Below the pieces are notes generated by a model. The model had not been told where the DNA came from. It did not search any database and saw nothing but the letters and a program-made list of their open reading frames with translations. The translations under genes were made by a program, and so were the position numbers. A stretch of 64,000 nucleotides of DNA, from contig JBBDRO010000106.1 in assembly GCA_040905425.1 (NCBI GenBank), positions 10,710 through 74,709 on the forward strand, read 5' to 3'. This stretch comes from Gemmatimonadota bacterium (GTDB taxonomy: Bacteria > Gemmatimonadota > Gemmatimonadetes > Longimicrobiales > RSA9). Positions within the stretch are counted from its first letter, which is position 1; every line of letters begins with the position of its first letter. This document shows positions 1-9,438 of this stretch, one piece after another.

Positions 1-1
1 C

Positions 2-988
2 AATGCCACGTTCCGGGATCGCGAGATGCTCGAGGGGCAGGACCGCATCACCGGGGACTACAACGAATTCTGGGCCGCGCGTGATTTCCACCGTTCACTG
101 GATGGGGTGCGCGCCGCCACGCTCCTGGCCCATGGCCTGAATGACTGGAACGTGATGCCCGACCACAGCGTGGTGGTCTACGAGGCGCTGAAGGAGCGCG
201 GCGTGCCCGCGCAGATCTACCTGCACCAGGGGGGGCACGGCGGCCCTCCGCCCATGGAGCGCATGAACCGCTGGTTCACGCACTATCTCTATGGCGTGGA
301 CAACGGGATCGAGAACGATCCGCGCGCGTGGATCGTGCGGGAGGAAAGCCCGGCGTCGCAGCCTACGCCGTACCGGGATTACCCCAACCTGCGCGCCCGT
401 ACGATGCGTTTCGGGCTGACGCGGGGTGGGCGTGGCCTGGGCGGCCTGGAACTCGCGCCGGCCGAGGGGCAGGGACGGGAATCGCTCGTGGACAACGTGT
501 CCTTTGACGGGCACGTGCTGGCACGGGCGGAGTGGAGCCACCATCGGCTGCGCTACGCCACGCCGGTGCTGAGCGCGCCCGTCCACATCTCCGGCACGCC
601 GCGTGTCACGGTGCGGCTGGCGGCGGATCGGCCGGCGGCCAACCTGTCCGTCTGGCTCGTCATGCTGCCGTATACCGAGGATGGCGGCTCCACGGCCAGC
701 CTCATCACCCGCGGCTGGGCGGATCCGCAGAACCATGCCTCGCTGAGCCAGAGTGAGCCGCTGGAGCCCGGCAGGTTCTACGACGTGACCTTCGAGCTGC
801 AGCCCGATGACCAGATCGTGCCGGCGGGCAGCCGCATTGCCCTCATGATCTTTTCCAGCGACCGGGACTTCACCCTGTGGCCCGACCCCGGCACCGAGCT
901 CGAAGTGGATCTGGACGGCAGCGTGCTGGAACTGCCGGTGGTGGGCGGCGAGTGGTGGCTGAGGCGCGCCCTGGAACCGCGGCACTAG
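2..988 (+). CDS. Xaa-Pro dipeptidyl-peptidase / CocE-NonD (S15) family hydrolase, C-terminal part; the 5' end lies outside the window
   Basis: The frame is open from nt 2, with no stop before the track ATG at 26. The segment 'ATLLAHGLNDWNVMPDHS...IYLHQGGHGG' and the long C-terminal beta-sandwich-like region resemble PepX/CocE-type serine hydrolases. It is the same enzyme class as 32026..33981. Confidence 0.75.
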   Translation, partial: NATFRDREMLEGQDRITGDYNEFWAARDFHRSLDGVRAATLLAHGLNDWNVMPDHSVVVYEALKERGVPAQIYLHQGGHGGPPPMERMNRWFTHYLYGVDNGIENDPRAWIVREESPASQPTPYRDYPNLRARTMRFGLTRGGRGLGGLELAPAEGQGRESLVDNVSFDGHVLARAEWSHHRLRYATPVLSAPVHISGTPRVTVRLAADRPAANLSVWLVMLPYTEDGGSTASLITRGWADPQNHASLSQSEPLEPGRFYDVTFELQPDDQIVPAGSRIALMIFSSDRDFTLWPDPGTELEVDLDGSVLELPVVGGEWWLRRALEPRH

Positions 989-1078
989 GCGTTCGGGAGC
1001 GCGGACCAACGGTAGGCGCACCGCGCCTGCGGGGCGCTCCGGCATCGTTCGCGGCTCGGTTGGGGGGCAGGGGAGCCG

Positions 1079-2617
1079 TCAGGGCAGCCGCTGCAAGCCC
1101 CCCACCACGATGCCGAAGCGGTCCAGCACCTCGGCGTTGCGCTGGAAGTCCCAGTAGGTATCCCGCTGGAGATCCTCCAGCGACTCCCGCCAGCCGATGT
1201 AGGCATCCAGGAAGTTCTCGGCCGTGGCCTCCTGCCGATCGATGGTCTGGAGCACGTCCACGAGCGTCCCCTGGCCCGCGGCATAGCTCTCGATCGTGGA
1301 GCGGGTGATCTGCCGGGCCCGCTCCAGGTTGGCCTGCATGCTGAGGGCGCGCTGTTCGTACTCTTCCAGGTTGCGCACCTGGTTCTCGATGCTGGTCCGG
1401 ATGTCGATCTCCGCCTCCTCCACGCGCAACTCCAGCCGCTCCAGGTTGTAGCGTTCGGCCTGCAAACGGTAGTCGCGTTGGCCCCAATCCCAGATCGGCA
1501 GGTAGGCGTCCACGTTGACGGTGTAGCTGTTGCGCGGCCGCTCCCAGAGGTTGTCGAAGCGGGGATCCTGCACCTCGCGACCGTACGTCATGTTCAGATC
1601 CATGCGGAAGGCCTGCCATGAGCCGGTCTCGTCCAGGTCGATTTCGGCCTCCCTGCGGTCGATGGCCAGGCGGCGCATGCGGGGCGAGAGGGTGGTGGCG
1701 TACGCGATGGCCTGCTCCACGTCCACCTCCACGGGGTCTACCATGGGCACCGGGTCGATCACCAGGGAGTCGGTCTGCGGCAGGCGCAGCGACTGCTTGA
1801 TCTCGGCCGCCTGCAGCCGATAGCGGCTGGCGGCCTGGGAGATCTCCTCCCGGGCGTTGGCCAGCGTCACCTCTACCTGTTCGGTCTCGATGGCCCGGTC
1901 GGGCTCGGCCGCCACCACGCTTGCGGCTGCTGCCGCCGCTTCCTCGAGCGCCGCCACGGTTTCGGCTGCGATCGTCTGCTCGTAGGCGGTCTCGAAGATC
2001 TCCAGGTAGTCCTCGGCCAGGTCGGAGATCATGCGTACGATGTCATCCTTGTAGGACAGCTCGGAGCTCTCGAGGTCCAGCTGCGCCTCCTCGAGGCTGT
2101 TCTTCATCTCGTTGGGCTGGAAAAGGGGCTGCCGGTAGGAGATGAAGTAACGGTTGTAGTAGCGGACGTCGCCTTCGTTGTTCAGCTGGCTGTAGCGATA
2201 CATCCGGTTGTTCAGCGAGAGGCGCCCGTTGGTGGGGTAGCCGAAGAGAATGACGGGCTGACTCACGGCCAGCTCCGCTTCCCAGCGCCGCGTGTCCTCG
2301 TGGACCAGCACGTCGCGCTGCAGGTCGGAATCCCATTTGTAGTCGGAGATGGACTGCAGGTCGGGGCCGCTGAACTCCATGTCCACGCGCGACTTCAGGC
2401 CAGCGCGCTCCGCATTCAGCCGGGCGCGCTGCTGATCGATGCCAAGCTGGAGGTGGCGTACCCGGTAGCTGTCCTCCAGGCCCAGTTCGACCATGCGCTC
2501 GAGGGTGAGCTCCACGGGCCGCGCCTGCTGGGCCACGGCGGGGCCGCGCGAGCCGCTGAGCGCCAGCAGCGTAATCAGCGCCGCGCCGCAACCGCGCCTG
2601 CCATAACTCCTGTTCAT
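1079..2617 (-). CDS. TolC-family outer membrane efflux protein (paralog 1)
   Basis: 512 aa with a signal peptide ending AVAQQ. It is collinear and gap-free with 3175..4719. The two-repeat coiled architecture and the C-terminal 'GTLVDVLQ...' segment are typical of OEP/TolC proteins. I placed the start at ATG 2617 (GGAAGAGGA lies 6 nt upstream) instead of the track start 2647, which has no SD. Confidence 0.8.
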   Translation of the reverse strand: MNRSYGRRGCGAALITLLALSGSRGPAVAQQARPVELTLERMVELGLEDSYRVRHLQLGIDQQRARLNAERAGLKSRVDMEFSGPDLQSISDYKWDSDLQRDVLVHEDTRRWEAELAVSQPVILFGYPTNGRLSLNNRMYRYSQLNNEGDVRYYNRYFISYRQPLFQPNEMKNSLEEAQLDLESSELSYKDDIVRMISDLAEDYLEIFETAYEQTIAAETVAALEEAAAAAASVVAAEPDRAIETEQVEVTLANAREEISQAASRYRLQAAEIKQSLRLPQTDSLVIDPVPMVDPVEVDVEQAIAYATTLSPRMRRLAIDRREAEIDLDETGSWQAFRMDLNMTYGREVQDPRFDNLWERPRNSYTVNVDAYLPIWDWGQRDYRLQAERYNLERLELRVEEAEIDIRTSIENQVRNLEEYEQRALSMQANLERARQITRSTIESYAAGQGTLVDVLQTIDRQEATAENFLDAYIGWRESLEDLQRDTYWDFQRNAEVLDRFGIVVGGLQRLP

Positions 2618-2669
2618 TGACCGTCCTCTTCCGAAACCTGAGCCCATCCCGATGGGCGTGATGGTGAAT

Positions 2670-2688
2670 TTCCACCAAGGTGGTGGAA
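2670..2688. promoter_or_regulatory. Inverted repeat TTCCACCA-agg-TGGTGGAA in the leader of TolC paralog 1
   Basis: 8-bp perfect arms read directly from the sequence, about 50 nt upstream of the 2617 start. It shares a CCACC/GGTGG core with the repeat upstream of paralog 2. Confidence 0.35.
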
Positions 2689-2752
2689 TTCCAGCACCTA
2701 CGCAAGGTCCAGCTTCGGATCCGCCGCTGATATCCAGCGCTCGACAGCGGCG

Positions 2753-3160
2753 TCAGCGCGTGGCCAGCTCGTCCATGCGGTGGCGCACCGCCTCCGGAAT
2801 GGGCACCTTCCGACCCGCGCCGTAGTCGTAGGCCACCACCACGCCGCCCCCCTCCGCCGCCAGTTCACCGGCCCCGTTCACGATGCGGTATTCCATGGTG
2901 AAGCGGTCCGCGCCGATCTCCGATGTACGCGCGGCCACGGTGACCGTGTCGGGGAAGTGGAGCGGACGGCGAAAGCGGCAGTGCGTGGAGGCCAGGATGG
3001 GCCCCACGCCACTGCCGCTCGTCAGGTCGATGGCGCGCAGGTAGGCAATGCGCGCGGTTTCGAACATGCGGAAGTAGACGGTGTTGTTGACGTGGCCCAT
3101 GGCGTCCATGTCCCCCCAGGCCAGGGGAACATCCACCCGAATGGGGAAGCCCTCGAGCAC
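2753..3160 (-). CDS. Acyl-CoA thioesterase, 4HBT/YbgC-like hotdog fold
   Basis: The motif 'WGDMDAMGHVNNTVYFRMFETARIAYL' matches the 4HBT/YbgC signature (D..GHV.N..Y). The track ORF 2753..3643 runs into the TolC gene. A GTG at 3160, 15 nt after the TolC stop, gives a typical 135-aa product. Confidence 0.8.
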   Translation of the reverse strand: MLEGFPIRVDVPLAWGDMDAMGHVNNTVYFRMFETARIAYLRAIDLTSGSGVGPILASTHCRFRRPLHFPDTVTVAARTSEIGADRFTMEYRIVNGAGELAAEGGGVVVAYDYGAGRKVPIPEAVRHRMDELATR

Positions 3161-3174
3161 GGCGCCGCCGGACG

Positions 3175-4719
3175 TCAGGGCAGGCGCTCCATCTCCCCCA
3201 CCTCGATGCCGAAGCGGTCCAGGATCTCGGCGTTGCGGGCAAAGTCCCAGTAGGTGGCGCGCTGCAGATCCTGCAGTGATCGCCGCCAGCCCATGTACGC
3301 ATCGAGGAAGTTGCGCGCGGTCGCGGCCTGGCGGTCGATGGTCTGCAGCACGTCCACCAGCGTGCCGTTGCCCGCGGCGTAGCCCTCGATGGTGCTGGCG
3401 GTGATCTGGCGAGCGCGCTCCAGGTTGGCCTGCATGCTCATGGCGCGCTGCTCGTACTCCTGGAGGTTGCGCACCTGGTTCTCGATGCCGGTGCGGATGT
3501 CCGTCTCGGCCTCCTCGATGCGCAGTTCGGTGCGCTCCAGGGTGTAACGCGTGGCCTCGATGCGGTAGTCGCGCTGCCCCCAGTCCCAGATGGGCAGGTA
3601 GGCGTCCACGTTGATGGTGTAGCTGTTCTTCGGCTGGGTCCACAGGTTCTCGAAGCGTGGGTCCTGAACCTCGCGGCCGTACGTCATGCCCAGGTCCATC
3701 CGGAAGGCCTGGCGCGAGCTGGTCTCCTCCAGGCGGATCTGGTTCTCGCGCTTGTCGATGTCCAGTCGGCGCATACGGGGTGAGAGCGTCATGGCATATT
3801 CCACGGCCTGCTCGGCATCCACCTCCACCGGCTGGACTTCCAGCACCGGCGTCACCAACACCGAGTCCTCCTGGGGCAGCCGGAGGCGCTGCTTGATGTT
3901 CGCGGACTGGAGCCGGAAGCTGCTGGCCGTCTGCGAGACCTCCTCCCGCGCATTGGTCAGCGCCACATCGATCTGATCGACTTCGATGGCCCGCTCCGCG
4001 TTGGCGTCGACGACCTGGGCCGCGGCCACTGCCGCCTCCTGCAGCGCCGCCACCCGCTCCTGGGCGATCACGCGTTCGTAGGCGGTCTCCAGGATGCGCA
4101 GGTAGTCCCGGGTCAGGTCCGAGATCATGCCGATGATGTCATCCTTGTAGGACAGCTCGGCCCCTTCGAGGTTGAGCTCCGCCTCCTCGAGGTTGTTCTT
4201 CATGCTGTTGGGCTGGAAGAGCGGCTGGGTGTAGCGAATGAAGTACCGGTTGTAGTAGCGCGTGTCCCCGCTCCCCGAGAGCTGGCTATAACGGTACATC
4301 CGGTTGTTGACCGAGAGGTAGCCATTGGTGGGGTACCCGAAGAGGATCACGGGTTGGCGCACCGACAGCTCGGTCTCCCAGCGGCGGGTGTCCTCGTGGA
4401 CCAGCACGTCCCGCTGCTGATTGGAATCCCACTTGTAGTCCGAGATGGATTGCAGGTCCGGGCCGCTGAAGTTCAGGTCCACCCTTGATTTCAGCCCCGC
4501 GCGTTCGGCGTTGAGGTACGCACGCCGCTGATCGATGCCGATCTGCAGATGCTTCACCCGGTAGCTGTCCCTGAGCCCCAGGTCCACCATGCGCTCCAGT
4601 GTGAGCTCCACCTCACGCGCCTGCTGGGCCGCGGCGTTCCCGACGGACGCGCCCGTCAGGGCGGTGCCCACGAGTACCGTGCAGATCCAGCGCTTCATGC
4701 TTCCCGACATGCTTCCCAT
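3175..4719 (-). CDS. TolC-family outer membrane efflux protein (paralog 2)
   Basis: 514 aa with a signal peptide ending NAAAQQ. By eye it is roughly three-quarters identical to 1079..2617 with no gaps. GGGGAGAGG lies 7 nt upstream of ATG 4719. Confidence 0.8.
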   Translation of the reverse strand: MGSMSGSMKRWICTVLVGTALTGASVGNAAAQQAREVELTLERMVDLGLRDSYRVKHLQIGIDQRRAYLNAERAGLKSRVDLNFSGPDLQSISDYKWDSNQQRDVLVHEDTRRWETELSVRQPVILFGYPTNGYLSVNNRMYRYSQLSGSGDTRYYNRYFIRYTQPLFQPNSMKNNLEEAELNLEGAELSYKDDIIGMISDLTRDYLRILETAYERVIAQERVAALQEAAVAAAQVVDANAERAIEVDQIDVALTNAREEVSQTASSFRLQSANIKQRLRLPQEDSVLVTPVLEVQPVEVDAEQAVEYAMTLSPRMRRLDIDKRENQIRLEETSSRQAFRMDLGMTYGREVQDPRFENLWTQPKNSYTINVDAYLPIWDWGQRDYRIEATRYTLERTELRIEEAETDIRTGIENQVRNLQEYEQRAMSMQANLERARQITASTIEGYAAGNGTLVDVLQTIDRQAATARNFLDAYMGWRRSLQDLQRATYWDFARNAEILDRFGIEVGEMERLP

Positions 4720-4764
4720 GAATTACCTCTCCCCGACCTGGCATGGCCCGGGGCGGTAGGGAAA

Positions 4765-4797
4765 GGTGGTGGCCTTCTTCAGTGGAAAGCCACCACC
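4765..4797. promoter_or_regulatory. Inverted repeat GGTGGTGGC-N15-GCCACCACC in the leader of TolC paralog 2
   Basis: 9-bp perfect arms about 46 nt upstream of the 4719 start. It has the same GGTGG/CCACC core as 2670..2688. Confidence 0.35.
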
Positions 4798-4886
4798 ATC
4801 GTTTCCCCGGCCGCAACGGGACCTTGAATTCGACGTCATCTACACTCGGTCAGCCACTTCGTGCCACCGACCCCCTTACGAGGCGC

Positions 4887-6533
4887 CTACGGCACGATCT
4901 TCGTTGGCAACGCCCGCGGGGCGAGCAGCTTGTAGATCGGCACCAGCGCTTCGCTACCCTGTCCACCGGGGCCCCCACCCTGGCCCGTCGTGGGCCGCGG
5001 CAGCCAGGCGTCCATGGTGTTCCAGTACAGCACGTTGTCATCCGTTTCCGGCTCGAGCATGTGGGCCACCAGGCGCCCGAGCATCTGGCCGGTGGGCACC
5101 ACGAATGTGCCAGGCGGCAGCTCCATCTCACGATCCACCACCTGACCGACCTCCACCATCACGGCGGCGGCGTGGTTGTACTGGCGGGTGTAATCCACGT
5201 CCGCCACGGTGTAGGCCTGGACGGGGACGGTAGCCTCCTCCACGAGCTGCTCCACCGTGATGCCGTGCCGCCGCAGCATGGCCACCGCGTCCACGGCGTC
5301 GCGCGGCAGGATGTAGGCGTAGGGCCGGGTGCGCGTCTGCGTGGGGATGGGCTTCTTCATGAGCGAATCGCTCGTGATGGTGATGAGCCGGTCGCGATCC
5401 TCCGGATCCCGGATCTCGTACGTCACCGTGCGATCCTCGGGGCCGTACTCCATGTCCACGACCACCTGGCCCTCGGCTTGAAGGCCCATGCGCAGCGTCT
5501 CCAGCCGCGCCTGCTTCACCGTCTCCATCACCTCGGCTGCATTGTCTCGCACGTATTGCAGGGTAGCCAGGTAGGCCAGTCTGCCGCTCAGGGCGCCCGT
5601 TTCCGGGTCCTGGCCGCCCGGTGACTCGAAGAGCACGCCGATGGTGTTCACGAAGCCGCCGTAGTTGCGTCCGATGCGGGCCTGATCGCCGCCGGTGCGC
5701 CACTGCGTCTCGTTGCCGCCCGTGTAGTACCAGGTCTTGTAGCCGGCGCCTTCCATGACGCGGTCGATGTACGGGAACAGCTCGAAGTCACAGAGCGCCG
5801 TGATAGCCGCCGCCGGCGAGGCATGGCTCGGGCACTGGTAGTTCACGTTGTAGGGGTAGGACCCGCCATTGTGGCCGTCCACGAAGAGATGCGGATGCCA
5901 GTTGTTGATGAGATTGCCCACGTAGCCGGCGATCTCGGGGTGCTCGAGCTTCACGTAGTCACGGTTCAGGTCGATGCCCCACGCATTGCCGCGTTGTCCC
6001 CGCTCGGAGGCGTGGAAGCCGTCCGGGTTGATCTGCGGCGCCACCACCACGACCATGTCGTCCAGCAGCGCGTTGGCCTCCGTGCCCCGGGTGGCCAGTT
6101 CGCGCATGAGGATGAGCAGTCCCTCGCGCAGCGTCCGCTCGCCGCCGTGCACGTTGGCCGCCAGGACCACCACCGGCCGATCCAGGACCGCGGCCTCCCA
6201 CGGCTGAGAGATCAGCGGCCGGCTGAAGATGGCGTAGGCCAGCTCGCGCCCCTCACGCGTCTCGCCGTAGCTGCCCAGGCGCATGTCCGGGCTGCTGGCC
6301 CGCATGGCCGTCAGGTACTCCATCATCTCCGGATGCGTGGTGTGGCGTTCGAAGCCGGCCTGCTCGGAGCCCGTCCTGAGATCCTGCTGGGCTGCGAGGG
6401 GCGCGGCGGCCACCGCCACGAGCGCGGCCGCGGCGAGCACGGTGCGAAGGCGCCCGCGGGTGCCGGGCATCGTCGCCTTGAAGGGAAGCTGGAACATGGA
6501 CATCTCCGGTTTGGTTGGTGTGGCGCGGAACAT
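4887..6533 (-). CDS. M14 family zinc carboxypeptidase, secreted
   Basis: Zn/catalytic motifs 'NVHGGER' (HxxE), 'INPDGF', 'DLNRDY' and 'FVDGHNGG'. The signal peptide ends 'PLAAQQ'. Its ATG overlaps the stop of the upstream gene (TGATG at 6531..6535). Confidence 0.85.
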   Translation of the reverse strand: MFRATPTKPEMSMFQLPFKATMPGTRGRLRTVLAAAALVAVAAAPLAAQQDLRTGSEQAGFERHTTHPEMMEYLTAMRASSPDMRLGSYGETREGRELAYAIFSRPLISQPWEAAVLDRPVVVLAANVHGGERTLREGLLILMRELATRGTEANALLDDMVVVVAPQINPDGFHASERGQRGNAWGIDLNRDYVKLEHPEIAGYVGNLINNWHPHLFVDGHNGGSYPYNVNYQCPSHASPAAAITALCDFELFPYIDRVMEGAGYKTWYYTGGNETQWRTGGDQARIGRNYGGFVNTIGVLFESPGGQDPETGALSGRLAYLATLQYVRDNAAEVMETVKQARLETLRMGLQAEGQVVVDMEYGPEDRTVTYEIRDPEDRDRLITITSDSLMKKPIPTQTRTRPYAYILPRDAVDAVAMLRRHGITVEQLVEEATVPVQAYTVADVDYTRQYNHAAAVMVEVGQVVDREMELPPGTFVVPTGQMLGRLVAHMLEPETDDNVLYWNTMDAWLPRPTTGQGGGPGGQGSEALVPIYKLLAPRALPTKIVP

Positions 6534-7201
6534 CAGAGGGTTCGCCGCCGGGCCAGCACCACGCCGGCCTGCAGGTTGAAGAGCGGATCCGCGTTCTCTA
6601 CGGTCGTGAACTGCAAGCCCGCGCCGCCGAAGAGGCGCCCGCGACGGAGCTGGATGCCCAGGGCGGTGCCGAACTCAGTGCTGTTTTCCTCGGTGCGCGT
6701 GTGGACGATGGCGCCGGGCGGCAGCGCCACGGTCACGGCCCGGCTGATGAAGATCTGCGGTGTGGCATGGACGGTGAGGACCGAGTTCTCCTCCGTGACC
6801 AGGGCCAGCCCAACGCCCAGGAAGAACGGCAGCGCGGTTTCACTGAGCTCGAGGGATCCGTGTTGGGGATCCTGGATGTCCATGGAGGCGTGCTCGATCC
6901 CCATGCCGGGACAAATGGAGACATCACCGAACCGGTATTCGATCCCCGCGCGGCCGGCTATGACGTCCAGATCCTGGTCCAGGCCGTCAAGGTCCACGCG
7001 GGCCACGCTGCCCTGCGCCCAGAGCGGAAAATCGGCCCGTCCCGTGAGCTCCGCCCCCAACGCGCGCTGGCGCTGATTGGACGCCAGCGTGGCCGCGAGC
7101 GCCAGACCCATGCCGTCCAGCGCGCCACCCACGCACGCCTGCGCCGCCGCGGCCGCGGGCGCGGCAGCCAGCAGGACAACGGTCAGCACTGCGCGCAGCA
7201 T
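6533..7201 (-). CDS. Hypothetical secreted protein, possibly a small outer-membrane beta-barrel
   Basis: 222 aa from ATG 7201, which overlaps the DPP-IV stop (TGATG). It has the signal 'LLAAAPAAAAAQA' and alternating hydrophobic beta-strand-like segments. I recognise no family. Confidence 0.5.
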   Translation of the reverse strand: MLRAVLTVVLLAAAPAAAAAQACVGGALDGMGLALAATLASNQRQRALGAELTGRADFPLWAQGSVARVDLDGLDQDLDVIAGRAGIEYRFGDVSICPGMGIEHASMDIQDPQHGSLELSETALPFFLGVGLALVTEENSVLTVHATPQIFISRAVTVALPPGAIVHTRTEENSTEFGTALGIQLRRGRLFGGAGLQFTTVENADPLFNLQAGVVLARRRTL

Positions 7202-9321
7202 CACGATGCAGCGCGCTCCAGCATACGCGGCCGCAGCACCAGCTCCTCGATGAAGAATTCCATCATGCGGTCCGGGTTGATGCCCGAGTGGCCGCGATCC
7301 GGACCCACCATCACCTCGAAGCTCTTGCCTGCGCCCTGCAGCGCCTGGATGAGCTCCATGGACTGCGAGGGGTGGACGTTGTTGTCCGCCGTGCCGTAGT
7401 AGATCATGAGGCGGCCGCGCAGATCCTCGGCGTACGTCATGGCGGAACCGGCGTCGTAGCCCGCCGCGTTCTCCTGCGGGATCCACATGTAGCGCTCGGT
7501 ATAGATGGTGTCATAGTGGCGCCAGTCGGTCACCGCCGAGCCGGCGGAGCCTGCCTGGAAGACGTCGGGATAGCGGAGCACGGTGAGCGCCGCCACGTAG
7601 CCGCCGTAGGAAGTGCCGAACACACCCACGCGCTGGCCGTCCACGTAGGGGCGCGTGGCCAGGCTGCGCATGCCCGCGGCGAAGTCATCGATTTCCGTGG
7701 TGCCGAGCTTCTCGTAGATGGCGTCCAGCGCACGCTTGCCCTTGCCCGAAGCGCTACGGGCGTCCATCTGCACCACCAGGAAGCCGTATTCGGTATAGGC
7801 GTGCGGCGTGCTGAAGGTCTCGCGTGCCCCGTTCGAGCCCGGGCCGCCATACACGCTGAACAGCACCGGGTAGCTGCGCGCCGGGTCGAAGTCGGACGGC
7901 TTGTGCAGCATGCCGTGCAGCTCGGTGACGCCGTCGGCGGCCGTGAAGGTGAACAGCTCCACCGGCTCCAGCCCCAGTTCGTGGAAGCGGCTGAGGTCAC
8001 TCTTGGCCAGCACCGCGAGTTCGCGGCCGGAGGCGTTCCGCAGGCGCGTCACCGGCGGCTCGGCGTGCGTCTGGGCCACGTCCACGAAGTGCCGCGCGTC
8101 GGGCGCGAGCGAGACGGCGTGGTTGAACGCGGGGTCCGTGAGGCGCACGTCCCCCGTGCCGTCCAGCCCCACCCGGTGGAGCTGGAGCTTCATGTGGTTG
8201 TCCCCGGAGCGGGCCCTGTACCAGAGCGTGCCACGCGCCTCGTCCACGCGCTCGATACCGGCCACCTCGAAGGGGTGGTCGGTGAGCGTGGCCAGCAACT
8301 CCCCGCTGATGTCGTAGAGGTAGTAGTTGGCGTAGCCGGTGCGCTCGGACTCCCAGATGAAGCGGCGGCCGTCCTCCAGCCAGCGCACCGTGGGGCGGTT
8401 GTCCGTCCAGCTGGCGGGCCACTCCTCCCGGACGATCACGCGGCACGCGCCCGTCTCCGGGCTGCACGCCGTGAACTCCATCACGTTCTGGCGTCGGTTG
8501 GTGCGGTTCAGCAGCAGTTCGCTGCCGTCCGGGCTCCAGGCCACGTTGTAGGCATAGTGGCCCACCACGTCATTGGTGAATGGCTGGCCATCCCGCAGGC
8601 CGATCCTGGTGGTGGCGCCGCTGGCCAGATCGTAGACGAAGATGTCCACGATCGGATTGTCGGTGCCCGCCTTGGGATAGGCCTCCACGTCCATGGTGCT
8701 CTGGATCCGGGTCTGGTCGAGCTGCAGGTAGTAGTCCGCCACCGGCTTCTCGTCGAAGCGGTAGTAGGCCACCCTGGTGCTCTGCGGATTCCACCAGATG
8801 GCGGTGCGCTGCCCCAGTTCCTCACCGTAGACCCAGCTGGCCGTGCCGTACTTGATGCGGTCGGCCTCGCTGCCGTCCGTGGTGAGCTGCCGCTCATTGG
8901 CGCCGCTGGCGCTCCGTACCCAGAGGTTCCGGTCCCGGTAGAAGGCCTCCAGTTGCTCGTCGGGCGAGGTGGCCGACGTGAACTGCCGCCCACGGGCCGG
9001 CGCCCCGCCGCCGCCGCGCTCCGGCTGCGTGGTGCCCACCGGTTCCTCCACGCGCGTGGCCGTGCGCGTGGCCACGTCGTACCGGTAGAGGTCCCCGGCC
9101 CGCCGGTAGGTAAAGGACGCGCCGTCCTCGGCCCACTGCGTGTTGAGCGCGCCGGATACCACCGCGTCCCGCAGCAGCGGAACCATCTCCGTGTAACGCT
9201 CGTAGCCCGGATAGGTCCGCAAGCGGTCCTGCGCCGCCAACGGTTTGACCGGCAGGGTAACGATGATGATGGCCAGCGTGGCGAGCCACGCGGCGCACCG
9301 CATTCCGAGGCATCGGTTCAT
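7201..9321 (-). CDS. Dipeptidyl-peptidase IV (S9B prolyl oligopeptidase family)
   Basis: N-terminal DPPIV propeller region plus the catalytic triad context 'GTSYGGY', 'GTADNNVH' and 'RGHSG'. The track start 9372 is a GTG. ATG 9321 (MNRCLGMRCAAWLATLAIIIV...AAQD) gives a normal signal peptide. Confidence 0.85.
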   Translation of the reverse strand: MNRCLGMRCAAWLATLAIIIVTLPVKPLAAQDRLRTYPGYERYTEMVPLLRDAVVSGALNTQWAEDGASFTYRRAGDLYRYDVATRTATRVEEPVGTTQPERGGGGAPARGRQFTSATSPDEQLEAFYRDRNLWVRSASGANERQLTTDGSEADRIKYGTASWVYGEELGQRTAIWWNPQSTRVAYYRFDEKPVADYYLQLDQTRIQSTMDVEAYPKAGTDNPIVDIFVYDLASGATTRIGLRDGQPFTNDVVGHYAYNVAWSPDGSELLLNRTNRRQNVMEFTACSPETGACRVIVREEWPASWTDNRPTVRWLEDGRRFIWESERTGYANYYLYDISGELLATLTDHPFEVAGIERVDEARGTLWYRARSGDNHMKLQLHRVGLDGTGDVRLTDPAFNHAVSLAPDARHFVDVAQTHAEPPVTRLRNASGRELAVLAKSDLSRFHELGLEPVELFTFTAADGVTELHGMLHKPSDFDPARSYPVLFSVYGGPGSNGARETFSTPHAYTEYGFLVVQMDARSASGKGKRALDAIYEKLGTTEIDDFAAGMRSLATRPYVDGQRVGVFGTSYGGYVAALTVLRYPDVFQAGSAGSAVTDWRHYDTIYTERYMWIPQENAAGYDAGSAMTYAEDLRGRLMIYYGTADNNVHPSQSMELIQALQGAGKSFEVMVGPDRGHSGINPDRMMEFFIEELVLRPRMLERAAS

Positions 9322-9438
9322 GTGGGTGCCTGTTGGGTTCGCGAAACGGGGCGGGGCAGGGGGAGGCTGCACCGTGGACCACTGTATACAGAACCCCGAA
9401 GGATGTGTTTCGTTGGCGGCGTGGGCAAGCCCGGGTAG

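Noticed and set aside
7288-9438. 716-aa plus-strand ORF. Similar cases: 5823..7076 (+), 12973..14568 (-), 15092..16990 (-), 17330..18895 (+), 22021..23304 (-), 40047..41594 (+), 61264..63045 (-)
   Set aside because: All are antisense to genes with clear catalytic motifs. All translate to Arg/Gly/Ala/His-rich low-complexity sequence with no domain signatures. This is typical of stop-poor frames in GC-rich DNA.
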